DNA of 64,000 nucleotides from Clostridia bacterium (GTDB lineage: Bacteria > Bacillota > Clostridia > JAAYHZ01): assembly GCA_050950825.1 (NCBI GenBank), contig JBMNIH010000008.1:113288-177287 (forward strand), written 5' to 3'. A program made the translations under genes and the position numbers. The notes under the pieces are model-generated. The model saw only the letters and a program-made list of their open reading frames with translations, did not search any database and had not been told where the DNA came from. Every line of letters begins with the position of its first letter. The first letter of the stretch is position 1. Shown here piece by piece: positions 20,155 through 31,019 of this stretch.

Positions 20155-22113
20155 TTAGCGGAATAATACCCCTACAAACCTTGTAAAGTCGTATACGTCG
20201 AATACCGGCTGTAAAAAGTCTTCATGGGCAAACGCATATCGATACGTCATCTGCCAGTATTCACGGGCGATTTTCATATCCTTTTCCGCTCTTGCCTTCA
20301 ATGCTTTTGAAAGCAGCGTGATCAATTCTCCATGGTATAAAAGGTATTTCCAAGACAAGGCAATGGCTGGATTTTCATGACCGGTGTTTCTTTCCACGGT
20401 CTTTCTGAATTCTTGAACCAGACCCGGAACCTTATCCAATTTAATCGCCGCTTCTTGGTGGGCGGATTCGTCCTTTTCTCTTCGCATATAGACGGGATCA
20501 AACAAGCAAGATACTTCGGCCATGTAATCCAAGCATTCTTTCCAGTCCTCTCCGTATGCGCCTTTAAAGTATTCTTCCGCCAACAGGTCAAAGCTTAAGG
20601 ATTTATCCCACAAAGTTTTTCCGTACAAATACATGGGAAATCCGGTGGGGAAATACGCTCTTTGTGTTTGGTCTTCAATAATGCCGTTTAAGCCCAACGC
20701 TTCAAGGTTCTTAATGTCATTGCTCAAGATCTTAGCCATGTCATAGTAGCCCGGATCGTTGTAGCAGTCTCTCCAGAAATGATACTCGAAGCACAAGCCG
20801 TCCCCGTCGAAATACCGGTACCATTGCTTTAAATAACCGATGTTTTCCTTCACGCTTTTCGGATGCGGCAGCTTGTTTCGAACATAAGGAACCAATTCCG
20901 CTCCTTCCGTATCCGGATCATAGGCTTGGCTATAGGTACGGGATATGGGAGCGAATAAAAGGAAGAATCGATCGGTATTCTTAATGGTTTCCTTCGCCGG
21001 AGGCCATATGGTATCCACGTATGAAATGAATACGATCTTGGTTTTTAATCCGGCTTGGTTCAAGCAATCGTCCAACCGATTGCATATCATCACCATAAAG
21101 TCCGAGGGGGTGGTGTCTGCACATAAAGGACATTCGCATTGGGAGTTCCAGCTGTCCGCAAGCCACAAATGGAGAAAATCCACTTCCGGATGGGCTTTGC
21201 AGTAGGCTAACATATCTTGAACGATTTTTTCTCTCACTTCGGGATTGCCGTAGCACAAGTTGCTGTTCATAGGCGAATTATGAACGACCGCCCTCTTGCC
21301 GTCGATCATGGCCAGCCACTTGTCCATTTTCTTTTGCACTTTTTCGGGAATTTCAGGAAAATACAGATTCCAAGGCGATACCAAATCGGTAGGAAGCCCT
21401 AACGCCTTCGCCGTCCACCCGTGTCCCATGTCGTGGTAATTCATACCTCTTTTCTTGATTTCCACCGCCACGGCGGTTTTGTATGCACGACATTCTCTCA
21501 AGGTTCGAGCCTCAGGTTTTTTAAAGGGGTTTCCGTAATGGGAGTACCACTTATTAAAGTATTCGTAGGGGTTTTCCCATTCCAGCATGTACGTGTTCAA
21601 GCCTACCTTCGGCGCCCATTCCACACTGTCCAGCATGTTTTCCAAGCTTACGGATCCTTCGATACACATGCCGCGATGGCGGTAAGAGGCTTTTTCCTGA
21701 AGAGTGACGGCAAGGTTGCTTACATCCCTGTTCGGGATCGTTTCACCGTCTTTCCCGGGTCTCAACCAGCGGCAGCCTAGACATTCAAGGAAGCGGTAAA
21801 CGCCGATCAACACGCTTCTTGCGTTGGAGCCTGCAATATAGCCTTTGGAGTTTTCCACCTTAATATCGATTGCATCGTCAAGCTCCGGATCCTTTAAAAA
21901 ATCATCCGAAATTCCGAAATCCTTAAAAAGCCCTAAGGATATGCCGTCCTTTTCGTTCTTGTCATTGACAATGGACCCGATCTCTTCATCGTTTGCCATG
22001 ATGCCAAGATACTTTGAAAGCTCCGCTGCGGCATACTCGACGGTTTGGCAGGAATTCAAAACCACAATCTTCACCTTATTATTCACCATCATCACCTTGT
22101 CCTTCTTTTCCAT
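20155..22113 (-). CDS. DUF4838-like putative glycoside hydrolase/metalloenzyme
   Basis: GSNARSVLIGVYRFLE.LGCRWLRPG, GHGW, NLCYGNP, HLWLAD..CECPLC. Confidence 0.7.
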   Translation of the reverse strand: MEKKDKVMMVNNKVKIVVLNSCQTVEYAAAELSKYLGIMANDEEIGSIVNDKNEKDGISLGLFKDFGISDDFLKDPELDDAIDIKVENSKGYIAGSNARSVLIGVYRFLECLGCRWLRPGKDGETIPNRDVSNLAVTLQEKASYRHRGMCIEGSVSLENMLDSVEWAPKVGLNTYMLEWENPYEYFNKWYSHYGNPFKKPEARTLRECRAYKTAVAVEIKKRGMNYHDMGHGWTAKALGLPTDLVSPWNLYFPEIPEKVQKKMDKWLAMIDGKRAVVHNSPMNSNLCYGNPEVREKIVQDMLAYCKAHPEVDFLHLWLADSWNSQCECPLCADTTPSDFMVMICNRLDDCLNQAGLKTKIVFISYVDTIWPPAKETIKNTDRFFLLFAPISRTYSQAYDPDTEGAELVPYVRNKLPHPKSVKENIGYLKQWYRYFDGDGLCFEYHFWRDCYNDPGYYDMAKILSNDIKNLEALGLNGIIEDQTQRAYFPTGFPMYLYGKTLWDKSLSFDLLAEEYFKGAYGEDWKECLDYMAEVSCLFDPVYMRREKDESAHQEAAIKLDKVPGLVQEFRKTVERNTGHENPAIALSWKYLLYHGELITLLSKALKARAEKDMKIAREYWQMTYRYAFAHEDFLQPVFDVYDFTRFVGVLFR

Positions 22114-22243
22114 GTTTTTTATACATCATAACATATTCCCGTCTTGTTCGTTTCATTTTTTCGACAAAAAAAGCGCAACGAAAAACGCCGAAGCGTATAA
22201 ACATCTCCGGCGTTCCCGTATTTATTAATAATACAAGGAGTTG

Positions 22244-25200
22244 TTAGGGCTGTATATAGATTATTTGATCGAAGGCTTCCGCCGTACTGTCGATAACGTT
22301 AACCCCTTGAACCTTAGCGCCTTCCGCTTTGTATTGACCGGGAGACGCAATTCTTGCGTAGTAAGTAAAGGTATAGGTTTCTTGGTCTTTGTACGGGAAT
22401 ACATAGAAGGATACCTTTTGTCCGTCTATTTCCTTGTACCAATGTATGATCCTATAGCCGCCCGCATCGTAATAGGGACGGATCGGCGTTTCAATGGCCT
22501 TTAATCCTGCAGGCAGGTAATCGGTGAGCTTGTAGTAATTGTCCATGGCGTCTTTGGTGATGGTCACTTCCAAGGTGACTTCCACTATATCTCCCGAACG
22601 GAACATCGTGCCCGCTTGCCCTTTGATGCTCTTGTAGCTTCTTTTTACCGTTATACCGGGATCGGATTTTACATGATCCGTCTGCGCCGTTTCGTAAACA
22701 ACCGTTAATCCCAATTCGCCTTCAATGGCCGTGACTTTGAAATCCTTTGCCTTCGATGCCGGAACGGTTAAGGTGTACATACCGCCGGGTCCGATTTCAC
22801 GAACGGTTTCTTCTCCTAACCAAGTATACGTCAGGCTCGGATTTCCTCCGGGTACGCGGCTTATGATCTCCTTGACATAGCTTATCTTCTGCAGGTTGAT
22901 CAGGCTTTCTTCGGTAGGATGCATTCTCACGTAATTCATGAGCTTTTCCGCTTCTTCCAGGTTCATGCGGGCCGCCGCTACCGCCGCCAATACCGTGGTA
23001 CGGGTCACGTCATCCCCGGTCTTCATATAGGCGTCTTTCTTTATCTTCGCATAGGAATCGTACATATCCAAGGCGGGTGTCACGTAGTCGTTGTAAATCT
23101 TTTGCGCTACCGGTTTTTCACCTAACGACAGGTAGGACAGTGCCAAATACAACGCTTCTTCCGTAGACAAGGAATCCTTCACCGCCAGCTTTTCAAGCTC
23201 AAGCATTACCGGCTCTCTCAAAGAAGCCAATCCGTACAAAGCCGCCGCTCTCGAAGCGTGAGCCGTTTCTTTTTCCAGGTTTCCGTAGAGGAATTCCTTC
23301 AGCCTAAACAAATCCGTCTCGTCCTTCACGTATGCCGCAGCCCACGCGGTAACAAAGACGTCGGAGGATCCGTAAGGCAGTATGCTCAAGCCGCCGTCGG
23401 ACACTTGGTAATTTTTCGCTTCAAATACGTTATCGTCATGCTTTTCGATTTCAAAATATTCTTCCAGCAATTCTTGGGCGATACGGCTTCCCAGCTTCTG
23501 CTCAATCCGGTTTCCGTAGGACCGGCTTAAGGAATACAAATCCGGGAGCCAACGTCCTCGTGTTCTGTCGGTGAAAATGAGCGTCAGCATACGAGAATCG
23601 TAGTTGCCGAGAACCGTGTAGGGAGTAAGCTCCGTATAATCGGCTTTTTGCATGGTTTTATACGTATCAAAGGTAGTGAACTTGTGGCTTATGCCGTCCC
23701 TTAATCCCGTTGACGTAACGGCTTCAACGATCCATTCTCCTTTGCCTGCCTTCAATTCGGGCATTTGGATATTCGCTCGTTCAAAGGCACGCCCCGTAGC
23801 GGTAGCCACCGTTTCTCCGGTTAAATTGTCTTTTACTCGGTAGGTGATTTCGTCCCCGGGTTTTAATTCCGCTCCGTATCCGGTTACCCCTAAAACGGGT
23901 AGGTCACCCGTTAAGAAGGTTTCGCTTGCCGCAATGTTGATGAAAAACGGCAAGGTTACATCCAACTGCATGATTTCCGTACCGGCCTTCAAGTCCGAGG
24001 AAACGCCGGATAAGGTAATTCTCCATTGCGTGATATTGTCCGGCAGCTTAAAGCTTACAAAGCCTTTACCGTTTTCGTCCAAGCGCACGGTCTTGAATAC
24101 GGCCGTATCTTTAAAATCTTCACGTATCGCCGTTTCTTGTTGGGCGGCAGGAGCTATCGACGCCTTATTCTCCGCCAATCCGAATGAAACGGATTCATCT
24201 CGGGTCCAAGCCGTACCGTCGGCCACATCCCTTCCGCTGTTGGCATGGGACCTAAATTCCCAAACCAAGCCGAAGGATACGTTTCGGTAAAGCTGCTCCA
24301 GGGTATTTACATACCGATCGTTCAAAGCGAACAGCGCCTCGTCCACGATGGAGAGATTGACAATGGCTCCGGCCCCGTTTTCCGATGACAGTTTGACCGT
24401 AACGGTTTCACCGGGCTTGTAGGTCTTTTTATCCGTTTCCGCCGTCAAGGACAGTCGATTGTCCGAATAATCGTAGGGTATAATCAATTGATGCGATACG
24501 ATGTGCACTCGGTTGTTGAACCATACGCCGTATACGTAAATGTTCGGAGCGTATTTGTCCTCCATGGTAAATTCGAAACGAGAATCGTCCTTCACATCCC
24601 ATTCCAAATAGCCTCTTGCGGCCTTTACATACAGGAATCTACCGCCCTCCAAGGCTTTCTCGCCGTATTTGTACGTCAATCCCACGATTTCGCCCGATTT
24701 GTAGTTGTCCTGTTCCTTATCCTTTTCCAACCGATAGTATTGGTACTGCTCCGGATAATAGGCGTAAGCTCTTGCGGAACCGGATACATAAATGTTGTCG
24801 TACTTAATGGATCTTCCGGCCCGGTCCTTTGTTCTTATATTGACGGTGTAGTAGCCTTCGTCAACGTCAAGAGGCGTAAACTCCGTTTTGGCGATACCGT
24901 CTTTGTCGGTTTCCATCGTAAAGGTTGTCACCGTTTCGGTACGGAGCTTGTATTCGTAACGAGGATACGTCACCTTGTTGATGTAGTCGTAATATTTTCC
25001 TACCTCGATTCGGTCCCAGGTATTCCACAGGACGGTTCCTTCAATCTTATGACCTTTTAAAGGTGCGCCTATATAGTCGCCCTTTTCATCGGCATTGTAT
25101 TTGTCCAAATCGATCAGGTTGACTCGGACCTCCACCGTTCCTTTTGCCGGAGCGTCCTTATCTTCCTTTTCGATATAGGCGTTTGCTTGGACATGGATGT

Positions 25201-27286
25201 CATTGACAAACACCATGACCGAATGATTGGCGGATATTTCTCCGGATTCCGGCAGCTTGGCGTTTGCATAGAAGTACAGAGTATAAATTCCTTGTACACC
25301 GTCTTTGGCATCGGGTATGAAGGATACCTTTGCATCTCCGTTCGCATCGGTAGTCACCTCGCCCTGCACGTATTGATTGCCGGGATAAAAGTTTATATTG
25401 TATTGAATAGCCAAATCGGATACCGGAGTACCTTCGAAGAAGGCCGCATGTATGGTAAAGACAACCGGTTCTCCGTTTTTGATGCCTTTTTTGTCGGAGG
25501 ATACTTCAAGGGTATAGGCAGGCTTCACGTAGTCTTGTACGGTGATGTAGCTTCTTGCCAATACCGTATCCTTGTCTTTCACGGTGATGCCGTATCCGCC
25601 CTGCTGCAAATTCGGGATTTTGATCTCCCCTTGGTACATTCCGTCCGTCACTTTCACCGTGACTTTTTCCATGGCCGATCCTTGGTAGCCGGGACCGGGC
25701 CATATGAGGGAGGATTTGTACAAAGGAATGTAATAGGGAGAGGAGATTTCCACCGTCACCTCTTCGGGAACTTGAACTTCTTTGTCTCTTTCCTTTAAAA
25801 AGCCCCAGAAGGAGACGATATCATTCGGTTTGTATAATTGTCTGTCCAATTGGAACGTGCTCCAATAGTCTTCCGAGTAATCGCTGAAATAGCGATAGCC
25901 GTAATAGGAGTCGTAAATCCGATAAACGTTTTCATAACGAATTACCGTATTGTCGCCGCCTTTCGTAACAAGCATATAGGCTATTCCGGTTTCTTCGTCA
26001 ACGTTCAATATGTCGGGATTGAATTTGGCGATGCCGTTTTCGTCGGACGTCACCTTCGAGGCGGTTCCTACCGCTTGAACGGTTGCATTATTAACCCCTC
26101 TTCCGGATCCCACGGTATTAAGCCAAACCAAAGCTTCCTTGTCGGTAACTACCGAGTACACCCCGATATCCGTGACTTGAAGCAGGGTTTGGAATGTACG
26201 GTCTTCCCATTTGGCATTGACGAGGTAAAACCCTTTCGGCAGTTTTTCCGGCAAGCGAAGGAAATTGTCTTCCTCCGTCTTGTTCTGCGCAGGGAAAACC
26301 TGCTTGAAGGACATCACTTTGTTCAAGCCTTTTTCCGACAACAAATTATTTTGGTACGAATAGGAAGCCCACATCGGCACCTTGTCTTTTTCTTTTAAGG
26401 CGTCCAAGAATTTTTGTACATTGCCATAAGAATAGATTTCGGCTTCAACCGTCATGTCTTCCGGGGTTTTTTCACCGTATCGATTGTAAATATAGTAGTA
26501 GACCGGAATGAAAGGAGCTTCGTCGGAAGCCGCATCGTTTAAAACGTTGGTAAAGCTGAACCATCCCTTATCGTATATGCTCACGGATGTTTCTTGAGGT
26601 TGGGTTTCAAAAGAAAATACAAAATCTTCTTGAAGAACTTTATCCGATCCTTCTAAGGGTAATCCTTTTTTCAGCGTTACCGTGTACAAGGTTCCGTATT
26701 CCAACTCTTTTTCCGGAACAAAGACCGCGGTGCTGCCATGGCGTTCGAATTTTCCCGGTACGCTCGGGGTAATGGAAAAGAAAGAATCGATGTCTTGATA
26801 ACCGTCCAGATTAAACGTAATCTCGATTCCGGTATTGATAGGAACCCCGGTGGATCGATGCGCCGGTAAGCTTGACACGATACCAAAGGGATAACCCGTT
26901 TGAAAACTCCAAGTTATATCTTCGTAGCCGTTTTTTTGCATACGAAAGGTATAGATTTTATTCGGTTCCAAAGGTTTTGCGGGAGTAATGACGAATTTTG
27001 TCGCCGATCGTTTTTCTATTGTCGGCTTCGGTTCGCCGTCAATGAAAAAGTTCGCTAAAACCTGTTCCAATGTGTGCTCCGATAAAGTGAGTAACGTAAA
27101 TTTCGAGTCGATCGAAACACCGTATAAGTCGTACTCTTCCGGTATGAGAAGATAGCCGTTACGGTATTGACCTTCTGCGGAAACCGTTGTGCCCACAAAA
27201 GGATCAAGCCAAACAACAACACCTGCCATCATAATCGCAAAAGCTGTCACGATACTGATCCATATTTTCATCTTTTTACTTAACAT
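22244..27286 (-). CDS. Ig-like domain / alpha-2-macroglobulin family protein
   Basis: N-terminal anchor, Ig-like repeats, DRQLYKP (MG2), VDEALF, IREDF.DT, LPDNITQW, DYLPAGL. Confidence 0.85.
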   Translation of the reverse strand: MLSKKMKIWISIVTAFAIMMAGVVVWLDPFVGTTVSAEGQYRNGYLLIPEEYDLYGVSIDSKFTLLTLSEHTLEQVLANFFIDGEPKPTIEKRSATKFVITPAKPLEPNKIYTFRMQKNGYEDITWSFQTGYPFGIVSSLPAHRSTGVPINTGIEITFNLDGYQDIDSFFSITPSVPGKFERHGSTAVFVPEKELEYGTLYTVTLKKGLPLEGSDKVLQEDFVFSFETQPQETSVSIYDKGWFSFTNVLNDAASDEAPFIPVYYYIYNRYGEKTPEDMTVEAEIYSYGNVQKFLDALKEKDKVPMWASYSYQNNLLSEKGLNKVMSFKQVFPAQNKTEEDNFLRLPEKLPKGFYLVNAKWEDRTFQTLLQVTDIGVYSVVTDKEALVWLNTVGSGRGVNNATVQAVGTASKVTSDENGIAKFNPDILNVDEETGIAYMLVTKGGDNTVIRYENVYRIYDSYYGYRYFSDYSEDYWSTFQLDRQLYKPNDIVSFWGFLKERDKEVQVPEEVTVEISSPYYIPLYKSSLIWPGPGYQGSAMEKVTVKVTDGMYQGEIKIPNLQQGGYGITVKDKDTVLARSYITVQDYVKPAYTLEVSSDKKGIKNGEPVVFTIHAAFFEGTPVSDLAIQYNINFYPGNQYVQGEVTTDANGDAKVSFIPDAKDGVQGIYTLYFYANAKLPESGEISANHSVMVFVNDIHVQANAYIEKEDKDAPAKGTVEVRVNLIDLDKYNADEKGDYIGAPLKGHKIEGTVLWNTWDRIEVGKYYDYINKVTYPRYEYKLRTETVTTFTMETDKDGIAKTEFTPLDVDEGYYTVNIRTKDRAGRSIKYDNIYVSGSARAYAYYPEQYQYYRLEKDKEQDNYKSGEIVGLTYKYGEKALEGGRFLYVKAARGYLEWDVKDDSRFEFTMEDKYAPNIYVYGVWFNNRVHIVSHQLIIPYDYSDNRLSLTAETDKKTYKPGETVTVKLSSENGAGAIVNLSIVDEALFALNDRYVNTLEQLYRNVSFGLVWEFRSHANSGRDVADGTAWTRDESVSFGLAENKASIAPAAQQETAIREDFKDTAVFKTVRLDENGKGFVSFKLPDNITQWRITLSGVSSDLKAGTEIMQLDVTLPFFINIAASETFLTGDLPVLGVTGYGAELKPGDEITYRVKDNLTGETVATATGRAFERANIQMPELKAGKGEWIVEAVTSTGLRDGISHKFTTFDTYKTMQKADYTELTPYTVLGNYDSRMLTLIFTDRTRGRWLPDLYSLSRSYGNRIEQKLGSRIAQELLEEYFEIEKHDDNVFEAKNYQVSDGGLSILPYGSSDVFVTAWAAAYVKDETDLFRLKEFLYGNLEKETAHASRAAALYGLASLREPVMLELEKLAVKDSLSTEEALYLALSYLSLGEKPVAQKIYNDYVTPALDMYDSYAKIKKDAYMKTGDDVTRTTVLAAVAAARMNLEEAEKLMNYVRMHPTEESLINLQKISYVKEIISRVPGGNPSLTYTWLGEETVREIGPGGMYTLTVPASKAKDFKVTAIEGELGLTVVYETAQTDHVKSDPGITVKRSYKSIKGQAGTMFRSGDIVEVTLEVTITKDAMDNYYKLTDYLPAGLKAIETPIRPYYDAGGYRIIHWYKEIDGQKVSFYVFPYKDQETYTFTYYARIASPGQYKAEGAKVQGVNVIDSTAEAFDQIIYIQP

Positions 27287-27424
27287 GGCTTGATTGCCGC
27301 CGCTAAATTGCGTATTCTTGTTTTCACAAAACCGGGGGGTGAAGACGAATGTAGCGGCTTTCCTCCTTCATATATTTTTTCTAAACTTCCATATCACATA
27401 GAAAGTTATTTTCGGTTCTACCTG

Positions 27425-27453
27425 TTAGACGAATGGAAGGAACTTCTTGTTCC
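27425..27453 (-). promoter_or_regulatory. Putative ECF sigma factor promoter upstream of the macroglobulin gene
   Basis: GGAAC-N17-CGTCTAA on the minus strand. Confidence 0.4.
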
Positions 27454-27509
27454 TTGGATCAGAGTTTTTTTATTTCTACCTATACTTTTACATGATGACG
27501 TCAAAAACT

Positions 27510-28298
27510 TTAGCCGGCTTTTTCTTTTTTTACTTTGTCGAACAAAAACAATTCCTTCTTTCGGGCTTTTTTAATAACGAAGAAAAATCCTGCCGCAGCC
27601 AAGATCGGCAAATACAAGCCGTTTATCCAAGGAGCCGAATTGCTGAAGTAAACGGCCGCCGATATGGTAACACCGTGCAGCACAAAACTTAAGACAAGCA
27701 GGGACAGTCTTCCCCTTTTGGCCGCATACATGGTCAAAAGCGAAAAAGCGGCATGAATTACAAGCATGGTGATTCGCTCCCAACCTGCCAACAAATGCAT
27801 ATATACGGGAGTAGCTTTTAATTCCTCGATAAAGGAGGTAACACTCGGATTGTTTTCCAATTCGCCGTATCTTCCCATATGGTACATAACGGAGAACATG
27901 AATCTTCGTACGTATACGCCTCCGGTGACCGTCATTCCTTCAAGGCTTGCAAAACCTAAGCCCATAGCCAATCCGTTTTCCCAAGTCATATGATCTCGGA
28001 CAAACACACGATAGTATATGAATCGGCCTACTTCGTCGAATAACCCGGCCGAAAAACCTAGCAAAAGAGCATACAAAACGGGATTTTCCACGTAAGCTGC
28101 GTACTGCTCATTTTCGGTAAAGGCTCTTAAAAAAGGCATTCTCAAAAAAAGCTCGAATACCAAAAACACAATGAATCCTGCTGCAAACATATCCGGCTTC
28201 ATTTTATACTTGCCATAGAAGCGAAAAATGAGCACTACGGGAAGCACAAAGCATATGACCAAATTCAATAGCATAAAAAGCATGGAAATAAAATTCAT
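27510..28298 (-). CDS. YhfC-family intramembrane metalloprotease
   Basis: AGLFDEVGR, GLGFASLE, ERI...HAAFS, LH motifs; multi-TM. Confidence 0.78.
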   Translation of the reverse strand: MNFISMLFMLLNLVICFVLPVVLIFRFYGKYKMKPDMFAAGFIVFLVFELFLRMPFLRAFTENEQYAAYVENPVLYALLLGFSAGLFDEVGRFIYYRVFVRDHMTWENGLAMGLGFASLEGMTVTGGVYVRRFMFSVMYHMGRYGELENNPSVTSFIEELKATPVYMHLLAGWERITMLVIHAAFSLLTMYAAKRGRLSLLVLSFVLHGVTISAAVYFSNSAPWINGLYLPILAAAGFFFVIKKARKKELFLFDKVKKEKAG

Positions 28299-28562
28299 AT
28301 TTTAACTCCGTTTTTTTTCATTTATATATTCATTGTCTTTACCATTATAGCATACGGAACAACTCGGTGAACACCTGAAAAAGCGGCATTGACAAACGGA
28401 AAAGATAGACATACAATTTTTACATAGAGAAAGCTATAAAGAAAAGCAAGCAACGAATGCCCTGCCGGTGGGGTGGTTTCTATATAAAACCGGAAAAAAC
28501 ATAATAAGGAGGTGCGCTGTCATCCCCGTGACAAAATCAGGGGGTTTTCTGTCGCAGGTATT

Positions 28563-29492
28563 ATGAAAAAGTGGATTATCCTAATCGTTATTGTTGTCAT
28601 TCTTATGTTTGTTATGGCGTCCGGGTTGGCATTAGCCGCCCTGAAATCCGACAGTGCTTTTTTCCGTATTCCGAGAGAAATGATTCAAAGTCTGTTGTCC
28701 GGAGAAAAGTTTTCCTTCGGCCTATTAACCAATACCTTTGATATTGACGAAATTTCATCCGATTCCGTAAAAGGCATCAATCGCATTGAAATCTTAACCG
28801 TTTCATCGGATATTACGATTCATTTGACCGACAGCTCGGATATCGAGGTGACATTAAAAGGGGTCTTTCGTACGACGGGAAATAAACCGGTTCGATTGGA
28901 AAAAAGCAAGAAAGGATCCGCTTTATCCTTTAAGGTCGAATACCCGAAAGGGAGAATCAATTCCTCCTCCGATATGAAGATGGATGTTTATCTTCCGAAA
29001 AGCTATGAAAATACATTGAAGGTAACGACGGTATCCGGAGACATCATGGCAAAGGAGCTTTTGAATGAAGCCAATATCTTCGATTCGGTATCGGGAAATA
29101 TTAAAATCGATAAAATTCTTTTTTCCGATGTAAAAGCTACCATGGTTTCCGGGGATGCGATCATCGGATTAGAAACGGTCCGAGAAAAAGCCGTCTTGGA
29201 TATCAACAGCGTATCCGGGAATATCCGTTTGGATTTTGCCAAACCTTTAGGAGCGAACAAAAACAAGGAGGATATTAAAGTGGAAACGGTATCCGGGCAT
29301 GTGGATATCTATCTTCCGGATAATTCCTCCTTCACGGTCAAATACGAATCCACCTCCGGTAAGCTCAGCTCGGATTTTCCCATGACCATCGAATCCTCAG
29401 GGAAATTCTCTTCATCGGGAACCGTCAACCAAGGAAACGGCCAAATCAAGGTTCAAACCGTATCCGGAAAATTGAGCTTATATAAGAATTAA
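28563..29492 (+). CDS. DUF4097 beta-strand repeat (adhesin-like) membrane-anchored protein
   Basis: N-terminal TM; repeated T/SVSG.I units. Confidence 0.8.
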   Translation: MKKWIILIVIVVILMFVMASGLALAALKSDSAFFRIPREMIQSLLSGEKFSFGLLTNTFDIDEISSDSVKGINRIEILTVSSDITIHLTDSSDIEVTLKGVFRTTGNKPVRLEKSKKGSALSFKVEYPKGRINSSSDMKMDVYLPKSYENTLKVTTVSGDIMAKELLNEANIFDSVSGNIKIDKILFSDVKATMVSGDAIIGLETVREKAVLDINSVSGNIRLDFAKPLGANKNKEDIKVETVSGHVDIYLPDNSSFTVKYESTSGKLSSDFPMTIESSGKFSSSGTVNQGNGQIKVQTVSGKLSLYKN

Positions 29493-29520
29493 AAAGACGA
29501 AAAGCAAGGCAGCAACAAAG

Positions 29521-29548
29521 GGCCGTGCAGTTTTCGTATTGCACGGCC
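29521..29548. terminator. Hairpin between convergent genes
   Basis: GGCCGTGCA...TGCACGGCC. Confidence 0.6.
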
Positions 29549-29552
29549 TTTG

Positions 29553-30884
29553 TTATTCTTTATCCATAGCTTTTTTATAGGGGGCAATCATTCCTTCGTT
29601 CATTTTGTTCCCCATCTTCGCCTTCAGCTTCGGGGAAGACATCAATGCACCTACAAGATACATTTTAAAAGCCGTCCCTTTTTTCTTTTGGGGAAAGTCA
29701 TAAAATCCGTGTTGCTTGTAAAACCGATGGTCCGCCTTCATCAAACCTCGCATAAGCCAGATAAGGTCCCGGAATATTTTCATCCCGCCGACTCCGTAAA
29801 AATTTCTAGGCATTACAAGCTTTTGCTCCATGGCATAGCTTAGCCTTGCCGCCAATTTGTCGATCTCTCCGTCCGGGTCGATCTCGTCGCAGGCAACCCC
29901 TGCAAGAAAGTTTCCTCCTACCTCGCTTCGGCCTTCGATAATCATCCGCAGGTTCTCTTCGGCCGGGTAATTGCCGCTTATCAAGTACCCTATGGGCATG
30001 CCCATCGTCACGGTGCGATGGCCGTTGCAAAACTGCCTGTCGTCATACATTTTAAAAAGGGATCCCATGGAATGGTCTTTTATCGTAAATGCATAAACGA
30101 TGGCATCCGCCGTTTGTATGTGATTTCTTAAAAAATCGTCAAATCCGTCGTTGTATATGCATTTCCCGGAAGATGCGCAATGAAAACAGCCTAAACATCC
30201 TCCCTTTATGGGATACGAAGAGATGTCCGTGACTCGACTTTCGTACGGCAAAACGGCTTGAAATCGATCGATCATATCCTGCAGCTGCCGATCGGGTCTG
30301 TCCGTTACGATCACTACGTCTTTTTTCTTTTTGCCGGGAGTCGGCGAAGAAGGAGTAACCTTAATGTGAGCGGGTTTTACCGAAGACTTTGGTATCGTTT
30401 CATAAATATCGTTTTTGACGCACCACGACACGTACTCAAAAAAGGCCTTGGCCGTTTTACGACCGTTTTCCGTAAGAAGATCGTCCATATCCGCGGAAAG
30501 ACCGTTGATATATTTCATACCCAAATCCCCACAGTTTTCTTGGATGTATTTATGGGCCGTCACATCGTAAAAATGCTTGGATGTGGTCACTTGCGTTACG
30601 AATTTTCTCGACAAATCAAGACCGGAATCTTTTAAAAGCTCCATAAAGCGGTGAAGCTGGCTCGGTGCAATGAAGGTATACACGGGATAGGAAAACAACA
30701 GAAGGTCCGCTTCTTTTATGGCTTCCGCCGCTTCCGAAAAGTCCTTCTCTAAAGATTTGATACGCCTTCCTACATGAAGAAAACGAAAATAATGCTCCGA
30801 AAATTTCTTCTCCAAATACAAAACCGTCTGAAACGTAATGCTGTACTCCCCTTTCGGGCTTCCGTTTAAAACAAGAACCTTCAT
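29553..30884 (-). CDS. Tandem flavodoxin-like NAD(P)H-dependent oxidoreductase (iron-sulfur flavoprotein type)
   Basis: LNGSPKG start; CLGCFHC..C motif in the second domain. Confidence 0.78.
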   Translation of the reverse strand: MKVLVLNGSPKGEYSITFQTVLYLEKKFSEHYFRFLHVGRRIKSLEKDFSEAAEAIKEADLLLFSYPVYTFIAPSQLHRFMELLKDSGLDLSRKFVTQVTTSKHFYDVTAHKYIQENCGDLGMKYINGLSADMDDLLTENGRKTAKAFFEYVSWCVKNDIYETIPKSSVKPAHIKVTPSSPTPGKKKKDVVIVTDRPDRQLQDMIDRFQAVLPYESRVTDISSYPIKGGCLGCFHCASSGKCIYNDGFDDFLRNHIQTADAIVYAFTIKDHSMGSLFKMYDDRQFCNGHRTVTMGMPIGYLISGNYPAEENLRMIIEGRSEVGGNFLAGVACDEIDPDGEIDKLAARLSYAMEQKLVMPRNFYGVGGMKIFRDLIWLMRGLMKADHRFYKQHGFYDFPQKKKGTAFKMYLVGALMSSPKLKAKMGNKMNEGMIAPYKKAMDKE

Positions 30885-31019
30885 ATTCCTATGTTCTCCT
30901 ATTAATTATATCTATTATTCATTATACCTTATTCCCGTGTAAAAAACACATAAAAAAGGCCCGGAAAACCGGTTTTTTAAAACCTGCTTTCGGACCTTTA
31001 AAGCTTTTTACTTCACGGT

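Noticed and set aside
22919-26772. Many plus-strand ORFs of 60-200 aa
   Set aside because: Antisense to the macroglobulin gene with no recognisable motifs.
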